64,000 bases of DNA from assembly GCA_963833425.1 (NCBI GenBank), contig CAWHXP010000013.1, positions 178,695 to 242,694 on the forward strand, written 5' to 3'. The notes under the pieces are model-generated. The model did no database searches. It saw nothing but the letters and a program-made list of their open reading frames with translations, and had not been told where the DNA came from. Of the stretch, positions 1 through 11,949 are shown in pieces. How positions within the stretch are numbered: the first letter of the stretch is position 1; each line of letters starts with the position of its first letter. A program made the translations under genes and the position numbers. The stretch is from an uncultured Methanosarcinaceae archaeon. Lineage in GTDB: Archaea > Halobacteriota > Methanosarcinia > Methanosarcinales > Methanosarcinaceae.

Positions 1-80
1 CTTCTCTGAACATGAAAAACCATTCCTTTAGTTTACTTAAGTTAAATTTTAATATAATACTTGATTTTCGGAAGCTGTAC

Positions 81-287
81 CTACTCGACAACAGTTGCAA
101 ATGCAAATTTTGGAAGTACCCTTCCAACCTTAATCTGAACTTCATCGCCTACGCTAGTATTCGGGACAAAAACTACGAAGCCTTCGATACGGGCGATGCC
201 GTCTCCCTGGCGCGCAATGTCCTGAATAGTTACATCATAAGTTTCGCCCTCTTCAACGGGCACAGAAATACCTTCTTCTTTAAACAT
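81..287 (-). CDS. Single TRAM-domain RNA-binding protein (archaeal cold-shock-like RNA chaperone)
   Basis: 68 aa with PVEEGETYDVTIQDIARQGDGIARIEGFVVFVP, typical of archaeal stand-alone TRAM proteins; AAGGAA upstream. Confidence 0.93.
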   Translation of the reverse strand: MFKEEGISVPVEEGETYDVTIQDIARQGDGIARIEGFVVFVPNTSVGDEVQIKVGRVLPKFAFATVVE

Positions 288-509
288 AGGTTCATTCCTT
301 TAATTTCTATTTAATTGCTTAAGAGCGCTCTTCGACAGAAAGGAGTAAAAACAGTACTTAACAAACCAAACTTGAAATCCAAATTTAGAAAGTACACATC
401 CTATTTAATCTACTTGGTTAACTAGTATCCAACAGAGCTTCTGATTAAGTCAATTAATTGGTCATATTCATATTCGCTTGTATATAAAATTTTGCTTCAA
501 TTATACTAA

Positions 510-1008
<499 letters not shown>

Positions 1009-1794
1009 TAAAATAACTCAGTTAGTTAATAACAATTATCGGAGAGTTTCAATCTAGCAGTAAGCTGTGGGGGGTATTCAACTTGAATAATCACTATATC
1101 AGAGTTGTACTAGCCAATTAAAAAACATATTGGCAACATATCATGGTCAAAAAGGAGAGTAATTTGGTATGATATCGGTATTCCTTCCAATACATTCAAC
1201 TAAGATAAATTCACTAAATTTTATTCATGAAGTTATACAAATGGATTTCAACAAAACTCATTATATTAGTCGTTTGATTCAAAGAGTTTGTCAGAAGTAA
1301 ATATACAGAATAGCTAAATTAGGATCGTTTACTAAGAATTTGATGAAAATATTTAATGAACAAATAAATAGTTTAATTAATTGCTGAGTTGACTGCAAAT
1401 AACTTCATGCACATTCATGAATTCAAGAAACTTAAAGAAGTATACAATTCATAAATTTGTGGGTTTTTGATTATTACAGTCAATTGCTAGCGGAATTAAT
1501 AATAAATTATAGAGCTCCTAATAGGATCCATAAGTCTAGAGACTTACCATTTGTAGGAAAACTTCTAACCTTAACCATTTTACAAACTACAACAGTTACC
1601 GTTAACAAATTCTCTCATCCAAGTTCAGTATCTCATTCCTAATTATGTTATCCACAAAAGTCTGGTTGTTTGTAAGGTTACATCTTTGATTTTCATTACA
1701 TAAGAGGAGCAAATTATATACCATAATATTGGCCGCAGAATATCAGTAGCATTCTTAAAAAATTTATCCCAGATCAAAAATAGGAAATATTTCC

Positions 1795-2676
1795 ATGAAG
1801 ATTAATCCACGCTGCATCTATTGCCTACTTTCAAGAGTCCACTTCCAGTCTAAGCTTTCGACAGATGATGAAGATCTCATAAACAAGACAATGCATGAAT
1901 GCCTTAGAGTTATGAATAAATATTATGATCCTGAAGCAGTATCTGCATCTATAGCAACTAAAATCCATAGGAAATGCTATGAAGTTCTGGGAGATAAAGA
2001 CCCTTATGCGGGAACAAAGAAACTTATCAACCGGTCTGCACTTAAAGTCCTGACTGCAGCCAAACAAAAAATTTATGAAAATTCTCCTGATAACAGGGAA
2101 ATTTTCCGGCGGGCGGTGCTTTCATCTGTGATTGCAAATTACTTTGATTTTGGTATAATGGGATTTGATGCCAATGAAACTGAATTTGAGACTGTTTTTC
2201 TGAAACTCTTCGAACACGGACTTGACGTGGATGATACTCCTAAAATATTTTGCCTCCTGCAAGATGTTGTTTACATTGCAGACAACTGTGGTGAGATCCT
2301 CTTTGATGTGCTAGTTTTTGATGTTATAAAAAAACTCGGAGGGAAAATAACGCTTGTAGTTAGGGGAGGCCCAATTCTCACGGACGTAACCTTAGAAGAG
2401 GTAACAGAGTTTGAAGTGGATAAAAAAGTTGATCGGGTCCTGACTACAGGTTCTAATGCAATAGGTGTTCTGATCGAAGAAGCTCCACCTGAACTTCTCA
2501 AAGCCATGAAAGATGCGACCCTTATCATAAGTAAGGGAATGGCTAACTATGAAACTCTTTCAGAACATAATTTTGGGCCTACTGCTTATATGCTTCTTAC
2601 AAAATGTGAATGCGTTGCTGAGGATCTCGGGCTCGAACAGGGTCTAGTTGTTGCAAAACTAATGAATTGTCCTTGA
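1795..2676 (+). CDS. DUF89/ARMT1-like damage-control metal-dependent phosphatase
   Basis: N-terminal CxxC, ANYFDFG, DNCGE, RGGPILTDVT, ISKGMANYETL and KC motifs. Confidence 0.9.
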   Translation: MKINPRCIYCLLSRVHFQSKLSTDDEDLINKTMHECLRVMNKYYDPEAVSASIATKIHRKCYEVLGDKDPYAGTKKLINRSALKVLTAAKQKIYENSPDNREIFRRAVLSSVIANYFDFGIMGFDANETEFETVFLKLFEHGLDVDDTPKIFCLLQDVVYIADNCGEILFDVLVFDVIKKLGGKITLVVRGGPILTDVTLEEVTEFEVDKKVDRVLTTGSNAIGVLIEEAPPELLKAMKDATLIISKGMANYETLSEHNFGPTAYMLLTKCECVAEDLGLEQGLVVAKLMNCP

Positions 2677-3110
2677 AATGTTAATTAGTATCTATTTTTT
2701 TCGGCATCTTTTTATTTTCTGTGAGACAAAGACAAAACGCTTCGATCTATAAAAATGCAGCATTCATTACACTGAAAATTTAATCTAGAAAACGTCAACA
2801 ATTTAATGGTAAAAGAACTCCTGTTTTTGGAAAGTACTATAAGTGTAAACAACATATTGAAAAAAGTGGTTTCTTAGAACTATTTCATATATTTTGATGG
2901 CCTAGTTAAAAATGTGGCAACTCACAAATTAAATACTACTTTAATTTATTTAGGTGAAGTTTAAATCAGAGTTTGACTTATACCTAGATCAAAGAAAGGT
3001 AGCCAAAACAAGAATAGAGCATTTATGAATTTTGACAAACCAAGTAGAAAGTCCGAACATATTCATCCTTAGGTTGGTCGTAGCTTCGGGTATTTTAATT
3101 TTGAATTAAG

Positions 3111-3193
3111 GAGAATTTCGATAAACCTTTATTTTCAAGAGTCAGTTGATATAAAGTTAAATGTATAAAAGAATTATAGGTTATCAAAACCTT
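3111..3193. mobile_element. MITE-like element copy 1 (IS5-type terminal inverted repeats)
   Basis: GAGAATTTCGATAAACC ... GGTTATCAAAACCTT with an AT-rich core. Confidence 0.7.
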
Positions 3194-3324
3194 TAAAACT
3201 CTCAAAAAGATATTTATACTCATACGATATTTAATTGGTAAGTGAATTTTTTTATCTAGTTAATGGATTATTGAATTTCCATTAACAGTGTGATTCTTAA
3301 TATTTATTAATAAGATACTCATCA

Positions 3325-4251
3325 ATGAGTACACTTGATAGCAGTGGTGGATCTATGAAAAGTAGCTTTTCGATCACAGTAGATCTTGAGGACTGGTATC
3401 ATATTCCTTCAGTTTGTGGTTCTCCTTTTGCTGTTTATAGAAGTGTAGATGAATTTTTTGAAAAATGGGATGGTAAGTACGACTTTCTGACTGAGCCAAC
3501 AAAAAGGGTACTGGATCTCCTCGATGAGTTCAAAGTGACTGCTACATTCTTTGCAGTTGCGGATATTGTAGAGAATTATCCTGGACTGATCGAGTCAGTC
3601 GTGGAAAGGGGACATGAGCTCGCATGCCATGGGTTGCACCACACCTGTAAAATAGATCCTGAAACAAAAAAACAGTTAATAAGTAACGAGGAATTTGAGC
3701 AAAGGACATTGCTTGCAAAAAGAATTTTGGAAAAAGTTTGTGGGGACAAAATAGTTGGGTATCGAGCGCCAAATTCTCTAGTCGGTGGTTGGATGCTGGA
3801 TTCTTTGGAACGGATTGGATTCAAATATGACTCATCTGTATCTGTAAATTCTCTTTATAATAAAACAGATTCGTCTCTTAGTACAGTTTCATCAACTCCA
3901 TATTTTCCTATAGAAAGTGGCCTTGAAGTAGGAGAGGATAGAAACCTGGTTGAGTTTCCCTGGGCCTATTATCATAATTTATTGAAAATTCCGGCATCTG
4001 GAGGGCCAATGCTTCGTTTTTTTGGGGCTCCACTTGTATTAAATGGGCTTCTTCAAAGTCTAAGAAGAGGGCATACAGTATTTTATTTTCATCCATTGGA
4101 TATTTCTTGTGCTAAATTTCCCTCAGTAGGGAACAATAGACCCTTTTATTGGTGTTTAAAAGGCAAGTTTGTTGAACAGAGGATCCGTTATATTTTGAAG
4201 AAGTTGGAAGACGTTGATAAAATATGCTTGCGAGATTATCAAGGCTTATGA
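3325..4251 (+). CDS. Polysaccharide deacetylase family protein (CE4/NodB, DUF3473-type C-terminus)
   Basis: TVDLEDWY, ATFF, GHELACHGLHH, GYRAP, YDSS and YFHPLD motifs; start may be the second Met (MKSSF). Confidence 0.9.
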   Translation: MSTLDSSGGSMKSSFSITVDLEDWYHIPSVCGSPFAVYRSVDEFFEKWDGKYDFLTEPTKRVLDLLDEFKVTATFFAVADIVENYPGLIESVVERGHELACHGLHHTCKIDPETKKQLISNEEFEQRTLLAKRILEKVCGDKIVGYRAPNSLVGGWMLDSLERIGFKYDSSVSVNSLYNKTDSSLSTVSSTPYFPIESGLEVGEDRNLVEFPWAYYHNLLKIPASGGPMLRFFGAPLVLNGLLQSLRRGHTVFYFHPLDISCAKFPSVGNNRPFYWCLKGKFVEQRIRYILKKLEDVDKICLRDYQGL

Positions 4252-5270
4252 ATGCATATTTTGAAAAGTTTTTGTTTTATCATAGGACTAAAACTCAAAA
4301 ATTAAAAACTTGCAGAAGATGTTGCACAAAAACCTGCACTATTTCACTGAATTGAATCAATGGTCTCAAAAGCACATGAACTTCTTTAATCTTATTAAAT
4401 TGTGGTGAATAAGATAACTATGTCTTATCTCTACAAATGCAATAATATATATGCCTAATCAATTTTATTCGACATTTTTACTTGGAATTAAACATAAATC
4501 ACAAAATGTTAGTATTTGTATTTTGGATTGAGTTTACTGGTAAAATTTAATAACCATTAATGGTAGAATCTTGAAAAATAACCTAGAAGTTAGCTTTGAC
4601 CGAATAGAAATTTGAATATTTTTATTGACTAGTCAGTCTACTAAAAATTTGTTGAGTTAGATTTATTTTGATGGGATACATACTTTTAATAAGTAACTGG
4701 TGAAGAGAACTAAAACATCATAAAAACCAATAATGAAATAAGCTCAGCACACTATAATTTGCCAATTGAATTCCAGTAAACATGGTTATTGATATTTTTT
4801 ATCTAAACTTGAAAGCTATTGTTTTATTATAACAGTTGTAAAAACACGGAATATATATTTAACTTCATTCTAATTACACTAGTATTGTCACTTTAATTCT
4901 TGTTTAATATTTTATGACTAGTTTTCACTCAAATGCAGACCCTTTTAAGAATTTCAGTTTCATCTTTTTTCTTTTTCTACTGGATTAAGTACTTGAATCT
5001 TCACCAAGTCAAAATTCTTTTAAATACGATCACTTATCAATCTCATATATATTTGATAACATTTTTGGAAGCTGTAAACTGATTTTTGGCAAAAAGATGA
5101 AAATTAATCCCAAAGTGAATGAGATTCATAATCCAGTTTTAAAATATTGCTACGAGCTGATTTTTTGTTTTTATCAAAAAGTTTGTCATTCCAAACTTTG
5201 GGAACATTAAATTTTCTAATAGATTAAGATTCTAAGGAAAAGCGTTTACCGAAGATTATTATCTAAAGGA

Positions 5271-5900
5271 TCAAACATACTTGAAAAGGTCATCCCTTTT
5301 CATTTCGTGCAGCCTGTCTCGAAGGAGGACCTTTAATGTCTTGATATATCCTTTTTTGGAGCTTACTGGAGCAATCAAGTGATCCCATTTATGCCATGGG
5401 GGAGAAAGTCCAAGGAGGGCTGCAATCTCGTCAAGAAGAGGATCATAACCGTTTTCTTTGACCTTATCCATCTTATTTGCAGCAACAAGAGTATCTATTC
5501 CAACTCCTCTGAGAAAATCAAACATTTCAACATCAATAGGAATATACCCCTTGGAATCCCAACGGTAGAAGATTTCTGGAAATAAAGGACCGTCTATTAC
5601 CAGAATTCCAAATTTGATCCTTTTGGCATTATCCTCAATGTAGTGCACGATTTTATCCTTCACTATATCCTGCTTTCTATCCTTTACGCCACTCATGAAG
5701 CCGAAGCCAGGCATGTCGGTAATAAGCATATCTGAGATCTGAAAATGCGTCGGCTGCAGGGTAACTCCTGGACGTTTCCCCACCATCACTTTTACCCCAA
5801 AAAGTTTCCTTATTAGGGAGGACTTCCCCACATTTGAGCGGCCCACAAAAATTGTCTCAAAATTCATGTTGCTTTCAGCTTCAGTATTGCTAGTTCCCAT
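5271..5900 (-). CDS. engB: GTP-binding protein EngB (YihA/YsxC family)
   Basis: GRSNVGKSS P-loop, RPGVT, DMPGFG and NKMD. Confidence 0.92.
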   Translation of the reverse strand: MGTSNTEAESNMNFETIFVGRSNVGKSSLIRKLFGVKVMVGKRPGVTLQPTHFQISDMLITDMPGFGFMSGVKDRKQDIVKDKIVHYIEDNAKRIKFGILVIDGPLFPEIFYRWDSKGYIPIDVEMFDFLRGVGIDTLVAANKMDKVKENGYDPLLDEIAALLGLSPPWHKWDHLIAPVSSKKGYIKTLKVLLRDRLHEMKRDDLFKYV

Positions 5901-5904
5901 TGTT

Positions 5905-6460
5905 TATTACCTCATTACTTTCCAAGATGTGTATCGAAAGCCCTGAAGAATACCTAAACTGATTTTTTTGGATGTGCATCCCTGCAGAAAGTAAATACAC
6001 TCCGTAAATTTTTTCAAATTAAGATGCAACTAGTGAGAAGAACGTTTATGCCTACTTTTCCTTCGGAAAAAGTATTAAATTTCAGGTGGCTCTTCTCTCA
6101 AAGTCCTCAAGTTCAATTCCCACTTACTTCTTGCATCAGGAAACTGCATAGATATAACCATTGAAATCAAATTATCCGTAATTATAAATACTCGCTGTTT
6201 ATCAAAACTTTAATATTTGATTTGCAAATTTCTTGATTTTTCTTTTGTTAACCACAACTTCTCTGAAAATCTTGTGAGTATTAGGGATATTTGAAGGTAT
6301 CATATCTTTCAAGCGGGAAGGAACATGTATTGACCCAGCTCTTTGCATTAATACACTGTTTAAAAAATTCACTCCAGATTCTGAATTGAAACACTCATAC
6401 TATTTAGATAATATTCCAAGATTCTATCGTCAGCTCGGAAGAAAAAGTCCAATTTCATGG
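5905..6460 (-). pseudogene. Probable decayed gene immediately upstream of engB, product not recognised
   Basis: Protein-like fragments in shifting frames (GIELEDFERRA, FSEGKVGINVLL, YGVYLLSAG, RYSSGLSIHILE) run up to the engB start; multiple stops. Confidence 0.4.
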
Positions 6461-6926
6461 TAGACCCCAGTAGTTTTCTGTAGTTTTCTGGGAATTTGTG
6501 GCAGTATATTTACATACTAAAGGTTGCTACTTTGTCACAATTAGTCAATTAGCGGATTTTGAAAAGTGTTTATAGTCTGGTGAATATCCTAGACCATAAG
6601 AGTATCCATAACTTCTATATAGCTTCTAATCATCACATAAAATATTACACTCTCTAAAAGATGGTTTTGTTTTAAGGATGATGTTCAAAACTTCACTTTA
6701 TTCATTCGTAGAATAGAGTTTAAATAAATAAATGAAACAATGTAAACATCGATATAGGATATGAAGTGAGTTGGATATGAAGCGAATTTGAAACACTTGA
6801 AATATAATTCTATATCTGATATGGCGTTAAAAAATATGCTTAATTTGTGATTTGACTATGATCCGCCTAGAATTTATGTATTTGTAAGGTCAAATTATAG
6901 TTTTTCCTTATTTTAGTTATATTACA

Positions 6927-7013
6927 GAACATTCCAATAAATTCCTAAATTTAATCATCTACTTAATAAAATATAAAAAACTCGTGAAAATCAGAGGTTT
7001 TATCAAAATACTC
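6927..7013. mobile_element. MITE-like element copy 2 (reverse orientation)
   Basis: Ends TCGTGAAAATCAGAGGTTTTATCAAAATACTC, the reverse complement of the family left end; other end degenerate. Confidence 0.6.
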
Positions 7014-7622
7014 TTAAATAAATTTATAAAAATCCCATAGCATTCAGATTTATCTCTCATTTTTTTTGCTAGAATTCTGTCCAAATCTTTCTTGCCAATT
7101 TCTGTATTTGACCTGATTTTTTTCTTTTTTGATTCGTTATTCTTTATTTTAAAGATAACTTCAGCTGTCCTTAAAATAATTCTTTTATTTTCAAGGTAAT
7201 CGATTGATAGAGATTCTAACAAAAAGCTGTACATAACATCATAGATTCATTCTTTAGATAAGGACTTTCCCTGCCCTGAATCTCTTTTTAGTTACTGCAC
7301 AAACTCGTTCCATAGGAGCTTCTTTACAATTATCACTAAATCTCTTCTGAATGATCAAACTGTGGTACTAACTGGTATGTATCAAGAAAATTCTGGAAAA
7401 AAATCAATCAACACATTGTTTCTTGAGTTCGAGTTCTTAAAGACAATTCTATTGCTGTAAAGAAAGCATTTTAAGAATAGTGATTACATCAGATTCAGGT
7501 CTGCCTTAAGAAGTGGTTTTGTTAAAAAAATATGAACTCAAAATTCAAAGACAAGATCAAAAAGGGACTTGCTACTATTCGATCTATTTTATCACTATTT
7601 ACTTTTTTTCTGTAATGATTAT

Positions 7623-9242
7623 TTACACAAATTCTGCTTTCACAGATGTGAAAACCGGGCCTCTAATATCTATCTTTCTCTTTTTGCCAGTGATATAACG
7701 TTGAGCAATGGGACCTATTTTTAGGTTTACTTCCGAGGGAACTTTGACAATTCTTACTCTCACAATATGTTCATTTGCTCCGGAAATTGCCGCTTCTTCA
7801 ATTTCCCTTGCAGCCTGGGCGGCAAAAGCTTCAATGAAACTAATGCCTGTTTTTGCAGAGTGATTTTCAAATGCTTTTTGCCATTTCTTGATGTTAGGAA
7901 TTCCTAAGATATCTCCCTGGTAAGCTACAACTTCGTTGAAAACTGCAGGGCCGCAAAGTTTCGTGTTTATTTCAGGTTCTATTATGGAAATTTTTACTTT
8001 TCTACCGCATACTTCTCCTTCCCAAACAGGGAATTCGCAGGGGCTTAGCTCTTCAGCATGTAATTCACACTGTGAAACGATTGCATCTACAATCGTACGC
8101 CCTTCAGGAGTTTCAGGCATTTTGTCTACAAAGATCTGTTTTGCAAGCTCGTTATCCGACATACTCCACTCACTGTACTGAGGGATCTGTGGATAAGCCA
8201 GAGCACGGACATCCGGGAAATCGTGGAGGATCATTGCTAGCCTTTCCACTCCAAGACCAAGGTTCATGACAGGATACGGGATAGCGTATTCTGCAAGAGC
8301 AGTTGGGGAATAAATTCCAAAAGTTGCAACTTCGATCCAGCCATCAGAGTACTTTGAGTTAGAGCCTACAAGTTTCGGGTGAAAGGCAAATACTTCGATC
8401 TGGGTGTCAGGAACATAGTATTTGCTGCGCTTCTCATCAGGCCTGAAAAGGAATTTTTCAAAGCCAAAATGGGTAAGAAGCCCTTCTGCAACGGCTTTTC
8501 CATGATCTATGGTCACATCTTCATCCATGATTACGCAGGAGGCTGAATAATAGGTCATTAGCCTTGAGGCATCTTCCTGTTGTTCTCTCCTGAAACAACG
8601 ATCTATAGAAAATAAATTGAATGGAGGTTCTTTCCTTTCAAGAAGTGCGCCAAGGGAGATGAACCACCCACTTGTCATGTGACTGCGGAGTGTCTTTGTG
8701 CTTGCCTGGGGCACAAGCTCTTTAAATTCCGGGAAAACTTTGTCAATCATATTGGCAACATTTGAGTCTGAAACTTTAAGCGCTGAAGAAATCTCGGGAA
8801 CAAGATCATCTCCATCAACCTTTCCTTTTTTGTATGCATGGAGAATTTGCCTGATAATATCTATCCCTTTGTCACCAACGTTCCCGAGGATCGTAGTTAC
8901 TTGTGCAATACGCTCATCGGAAATTCCAACGTTAGGACGAGGAAGGCCTGCTAGGTAGAAACAGCGATCTAGAACTGCTAGGGCTTCGCTTCCAAATTGT
9001 TTATGAACTTCTCTTTCATCTATTATCAAAGGGTTCATCGTCTCTTCAAAGCCCATTCTGAGATAGGCCTCTCTCAGTTTCTGGATGGTGGCGTAAACAG
9101 GATGTTCCTTTCCAAATTTAAAAGCGATTCTGGGATAGCGTTCATTCAGGGTAGGGGTCCTGACAATTTTTTTACCTTTGTTCCAAGTAAGATCGAAGTT
9201 CTCTTTTGCATCTTTTTTTATTTTTTCTGGATCAAATCTCAT
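7623..9242 (-). CDS. sepS: O-phosphoseryl-tRNA(Cys) ligase
   Basis: MRFDPEKIKK start, TLRSHMTSGWF, FSIDRCFRREQ, MNLGLGVERLAM; start placed at ATG 9242 rather than 9389. Confidence 0.96.
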   Translation of the reverse strand: MRFDPEKIKKDAKENFDLTWNKGKKIVRTPTLNERYPRIAFKFGKEHPVYATIQKLREAYLRMGFEETMNPLIIDEREVHKQFGSEALAVLDRCFYLAGLPRPNVGISDERIAQVTTILGNVGDKGIDIIRQILHAYKKGKVDGDDLVPEISSALKVSDSNVANMIDKVFPEFKELVPQASTKTLRSHMTSGWFISLGALLERKEPPFNLFSIDRCFRREQQEDASRLMTYYSASCVIMDEDVTIDHGKAVAEGLLTHFGFEKFLFRPDEKRSKYYVPDTQIEVFAFHPKLVGSNSKYSDGWIEVATFGIYSPTALAEYAIPYPVMNLGLGVERLAMILHDFPDVRALAYPQIPQYSEWSMSDNELAKQIFVDKMPETPEGRTIVDAIVSQCELHAEELSPCEFPVWEGEVCGRKVKISIIEPEINTKLCGPAVFNEVVAYQGDILGIPNIKKWQKAFENHSAKTGISFIEAFAAQAAREIEEAAISGANEHIVRVRIVKVPSEVNLKIGPIAQRYITGKKRKIDIRGPVFTSVKAEFV

Positions 9243-9419
9243 GCATATCCTCTTTAGCGAATTATTGAATTCTAAATATCTCATTTTGAGATTCTTGTTT
9301 GTAAGTTTTAAAAAATTCAAATATTTTTTTACACTCCAAATATTCAACGGTTTAACAACTACTAAACTTATTATATTGGCAAGTTGCATATGAGCAAATA
9401 GTAGTTCAGTTGCATAATT

Positions 9420-10140
9420 TTGGCATTTGTGGCTTCAAGTTATTAATATGCTTATTTTCGAAACACAGTTTATTCTTAAAGTCCCGGTGTCGGATTCGAC
9501 GTTGAAGTTTCAATTTTTTTTGTGCCTAATTGTACTGGTAACATCTGCAAGCATATTTATTATCAGACCACTGGATAATTGATCTTCCTACTGAATCCTC
9601 TAGTTATGGCATCAGGGTGATCAAAATTAATAATCATTTAATGGATCTATTACATAATTCCTAAATAATAATTCAGTTTTTTTTCAATGGATTCCTTTCT
9701 GATAATGTCCCGGACACTTTTTCTGGTCTTCCTCATGATGGCTCCAAGACCATTGATATAGGAAACATTATTTGATTCTCAATTCCTTTTGGAGTAGGGA
9801 ATATTCTTTAGCTTCCTTTTTTCATTAGCAAGCCACTGAGAATTGAAACTTAGAACTATTTTTATGTCAATATTCTACGAATCCGCCACAATAAATCTCA
9901 GCATGTCTCAGAAAAGAACTTCAATTTCTTCTTGGAATATTCCCATTTCTTTGATGCTGTTATTTGACGTCTCGAAGTTCTACACACACAAGGCAAATGT
10001 TGCTATCCATTATTTCCGGACAATTTATCAGGAAATTTTTAATCCATCCTCTGTACTACCTTTGGTCTCAAAATTTTCACCTATCTAAGCCAAAATATCT
10101 TCAAGCATTTTTTTCATATACTCTTTGATGCTTTTTCAAT
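9420..10140 (-). pseudogene. Probable decayed gene upstream of sepS, product not recognised
   Basis: Gene-sized tract with protein-like fragments (KEMGIFQEEIEVLF, GAIMRKTRKSVRDIIRKESIEKK) broken by stops. Confidence 0.3.
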
Positions 10141-10681
10141 TTTTCATTAAATTTAGTTTTTATATTCTAAAACTAAATAGCGCATTATATATTTTACAGG
10201 TACTTTCCATGATTTATATTTTTAATCTAAGAATTCCCCTTTAGTGTAATTGTGTCCGTAAGTGAAATTACTTGGCCTAGACAGTCTTGATTTCGGATTG
10301 TTTGGTGTTTTATCATCTGAATTACTTATTATCTCCCTTAATTAAGCTATATATAATAATATCTTCTAACATTCTGTTCAACACCAATATTTAAATTCTA
10401 GTTAGAGATCAAAAAATCAAATAATAGGAGAAAAGGTTAGCTTTCGTGCCAATATCATTAACTTTTAGATACAATCCTCTAAATGGGCATTATATTAGAA
10501 AATAATGGGGTTTGCTACCTTGTAAGTCCTTTTTCAGAATAAGATCAATTGTATTATTTTTGAATAGCGTATTCTAAAGAAACTTGACATACCTTGTTTG
10601 TTTTTGGCAGATTATCTATTTTTCAGCCTAAGCTCTCGGAAAAAATAGATTTTTAATATAATTAGATAATTTTTTACTGTT

Positions 10682-10954
10682 TTACTCATTTACAGGGATC
10701 GTCTCAAGCTGACTTGAAAGATTCCATATAAGAGTTCTTGTATGGAGAGGAAGGTTAGGATCATTGCTTATATCTTCGAGGATGGAAATACTTGATGCTG
10801 CTCTAAGGAACAGAGGCTCTGATTCGTTATTTAGTATCTCCATGATTTCATTCACGGAACGCCTGATATTTCGTGGAACTGAAGAATCGCTGATTATGCT
10901 TTCTAGAACCTGAAGACATTGTCGGATAACTTCTGCTGAATCATTTGATGACAT
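10682..10954 (-). CDS. UPF0147 family protein
   Basis: [10 protein letters not shown] and [29 protein letters not shown] ribosome-binding site before ATG 10954. Confidence 0.92.
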   Translation of the reverse strand: MSSNDSAEVIRQCLQVLESIISDSSVPRNIRRSVNEIMEILNNESEPLFLRAASSISILEDISNDPNLPLHTRTLIWNLSSQLETIPVNE

Positions 10955-11197
10955 TCGAATCACCTTCGTAGTCAATTATAATGTAAAATTAGAGCTAATA
11001 AATTAGTTTAAGACAGACTAGTGATATAAAATAGTATCGGTGATTTTAACAATAATCAGTACCTATGCCTTCTAGTTGTGATTCGGAATCTATGCTCTGT
11101 CCTATTTCATGGAGCAGAGGTAGTTTCATGCATCGAAAGTAACAGGACAAATCATATTAGATAAACTAGAAGCTGGGTATAGAGGAAGGTTGTGCAC

Positions 11198-11806
11198 ATG
11201 GATTCTGAAAAAGATCGAAAAGTACAGCGAATAGCACGTTTTCTTGAGTTAGGGGGTACGATGCTTGCCGAGCATTGTAATGGATGCGGAGCCCCAAGAT
11301 TTCGTTATCAGGGCAAAATAATCTGCCCGATATGCGATGTTCGTGGTGAAGAGGAGGCTGACGAACCAGCCACAGAAATCCAATTCCCTGAAACCAGAAA
11401 GCATACTGAAAAAGACACGCTTTCAATTGAGAACGAAAAAAGAGTTCAAGCGCACAGACAAAAACCACTTTTCGGGCTGAGAACCGTTGAAGCTACCGAG
11501 AAAGAGGAAAAAGCTATCGACTTTGCAACAAAGGATTTTTCAAAAATACCTGACGATGCTGGAGGAGCAAAAAAACCAGCCACTATACTCCAAGGTGCAT
11601 CCACAAAAAAAGCAGAAAAGCCTACAGAGGCCCCAAACCTGCCCATAGTTCATGAAAACAAGGAAGTAGTGGAGAGCCTTCTCTTCAAAAAAATAGTCAG
11701 TATTGCAACCTCTCTTCAGGATGAAACGGACTCGCAGAGTATTGTTGAGAATTTCGAACTGATTGAAAAATGTCTTGGGATAATAGAGCGCCTAAAGAGG
11801 ATATGA
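11198..11806 (+). CDS. UPF0148 / Sjogren's-scleroderma autoantigen p27-like Zn-ribbon protein
   Basis: LELGGTMLAEHCNGCGAPRFRYQGKIICPIC Zn ribbon, charged linker, helical C-terminus. Confidence 0.88.
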   Translation: MDSEKDRKVQRIARFLELGGTMLAEHCNGCGAPRFRYQGKIICPICDVRGEEEADEPATEIQFPETRKHTEKDTLSIENEKRVQAHRQKPLFGLRTVEATEKEEKAIDFATKDFSKIPDDAGGAKKPATILQGASTKKAEKPTEAPNLPIVHENKEVVESLLFKKIVSIATSLQDETDSQSIVENFELIEKCLGIIERLKRI

Positions 11807-11949
11807 AGGATGAATGTAAGAAGAAAAAAGAGCCTGGAACAGTAGTTGGGCAGATATAAGAGCATAAGGAAGGGAAAGTGAAAAAAAAGAAAAAAATACA
11901 GAAGCTGAAAAACAAAACTATTTACCATTAAAGCTTATTATCTTTCCAT

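Noticed and set aside
40..83. Pyrrolysine readthrough of the TRAM gene's TAG stop
   Set aside because: The TAG falls at the normal end of the domain and readthrough adds only 12 unremarkable codons before TAA
9243..9389. 49-aa N-terminal extension of SepS in the ORF track
   Set aside because: AT-rich and not protein-like; GAGGA precedes ATG 9242, where the conserved sequence begins
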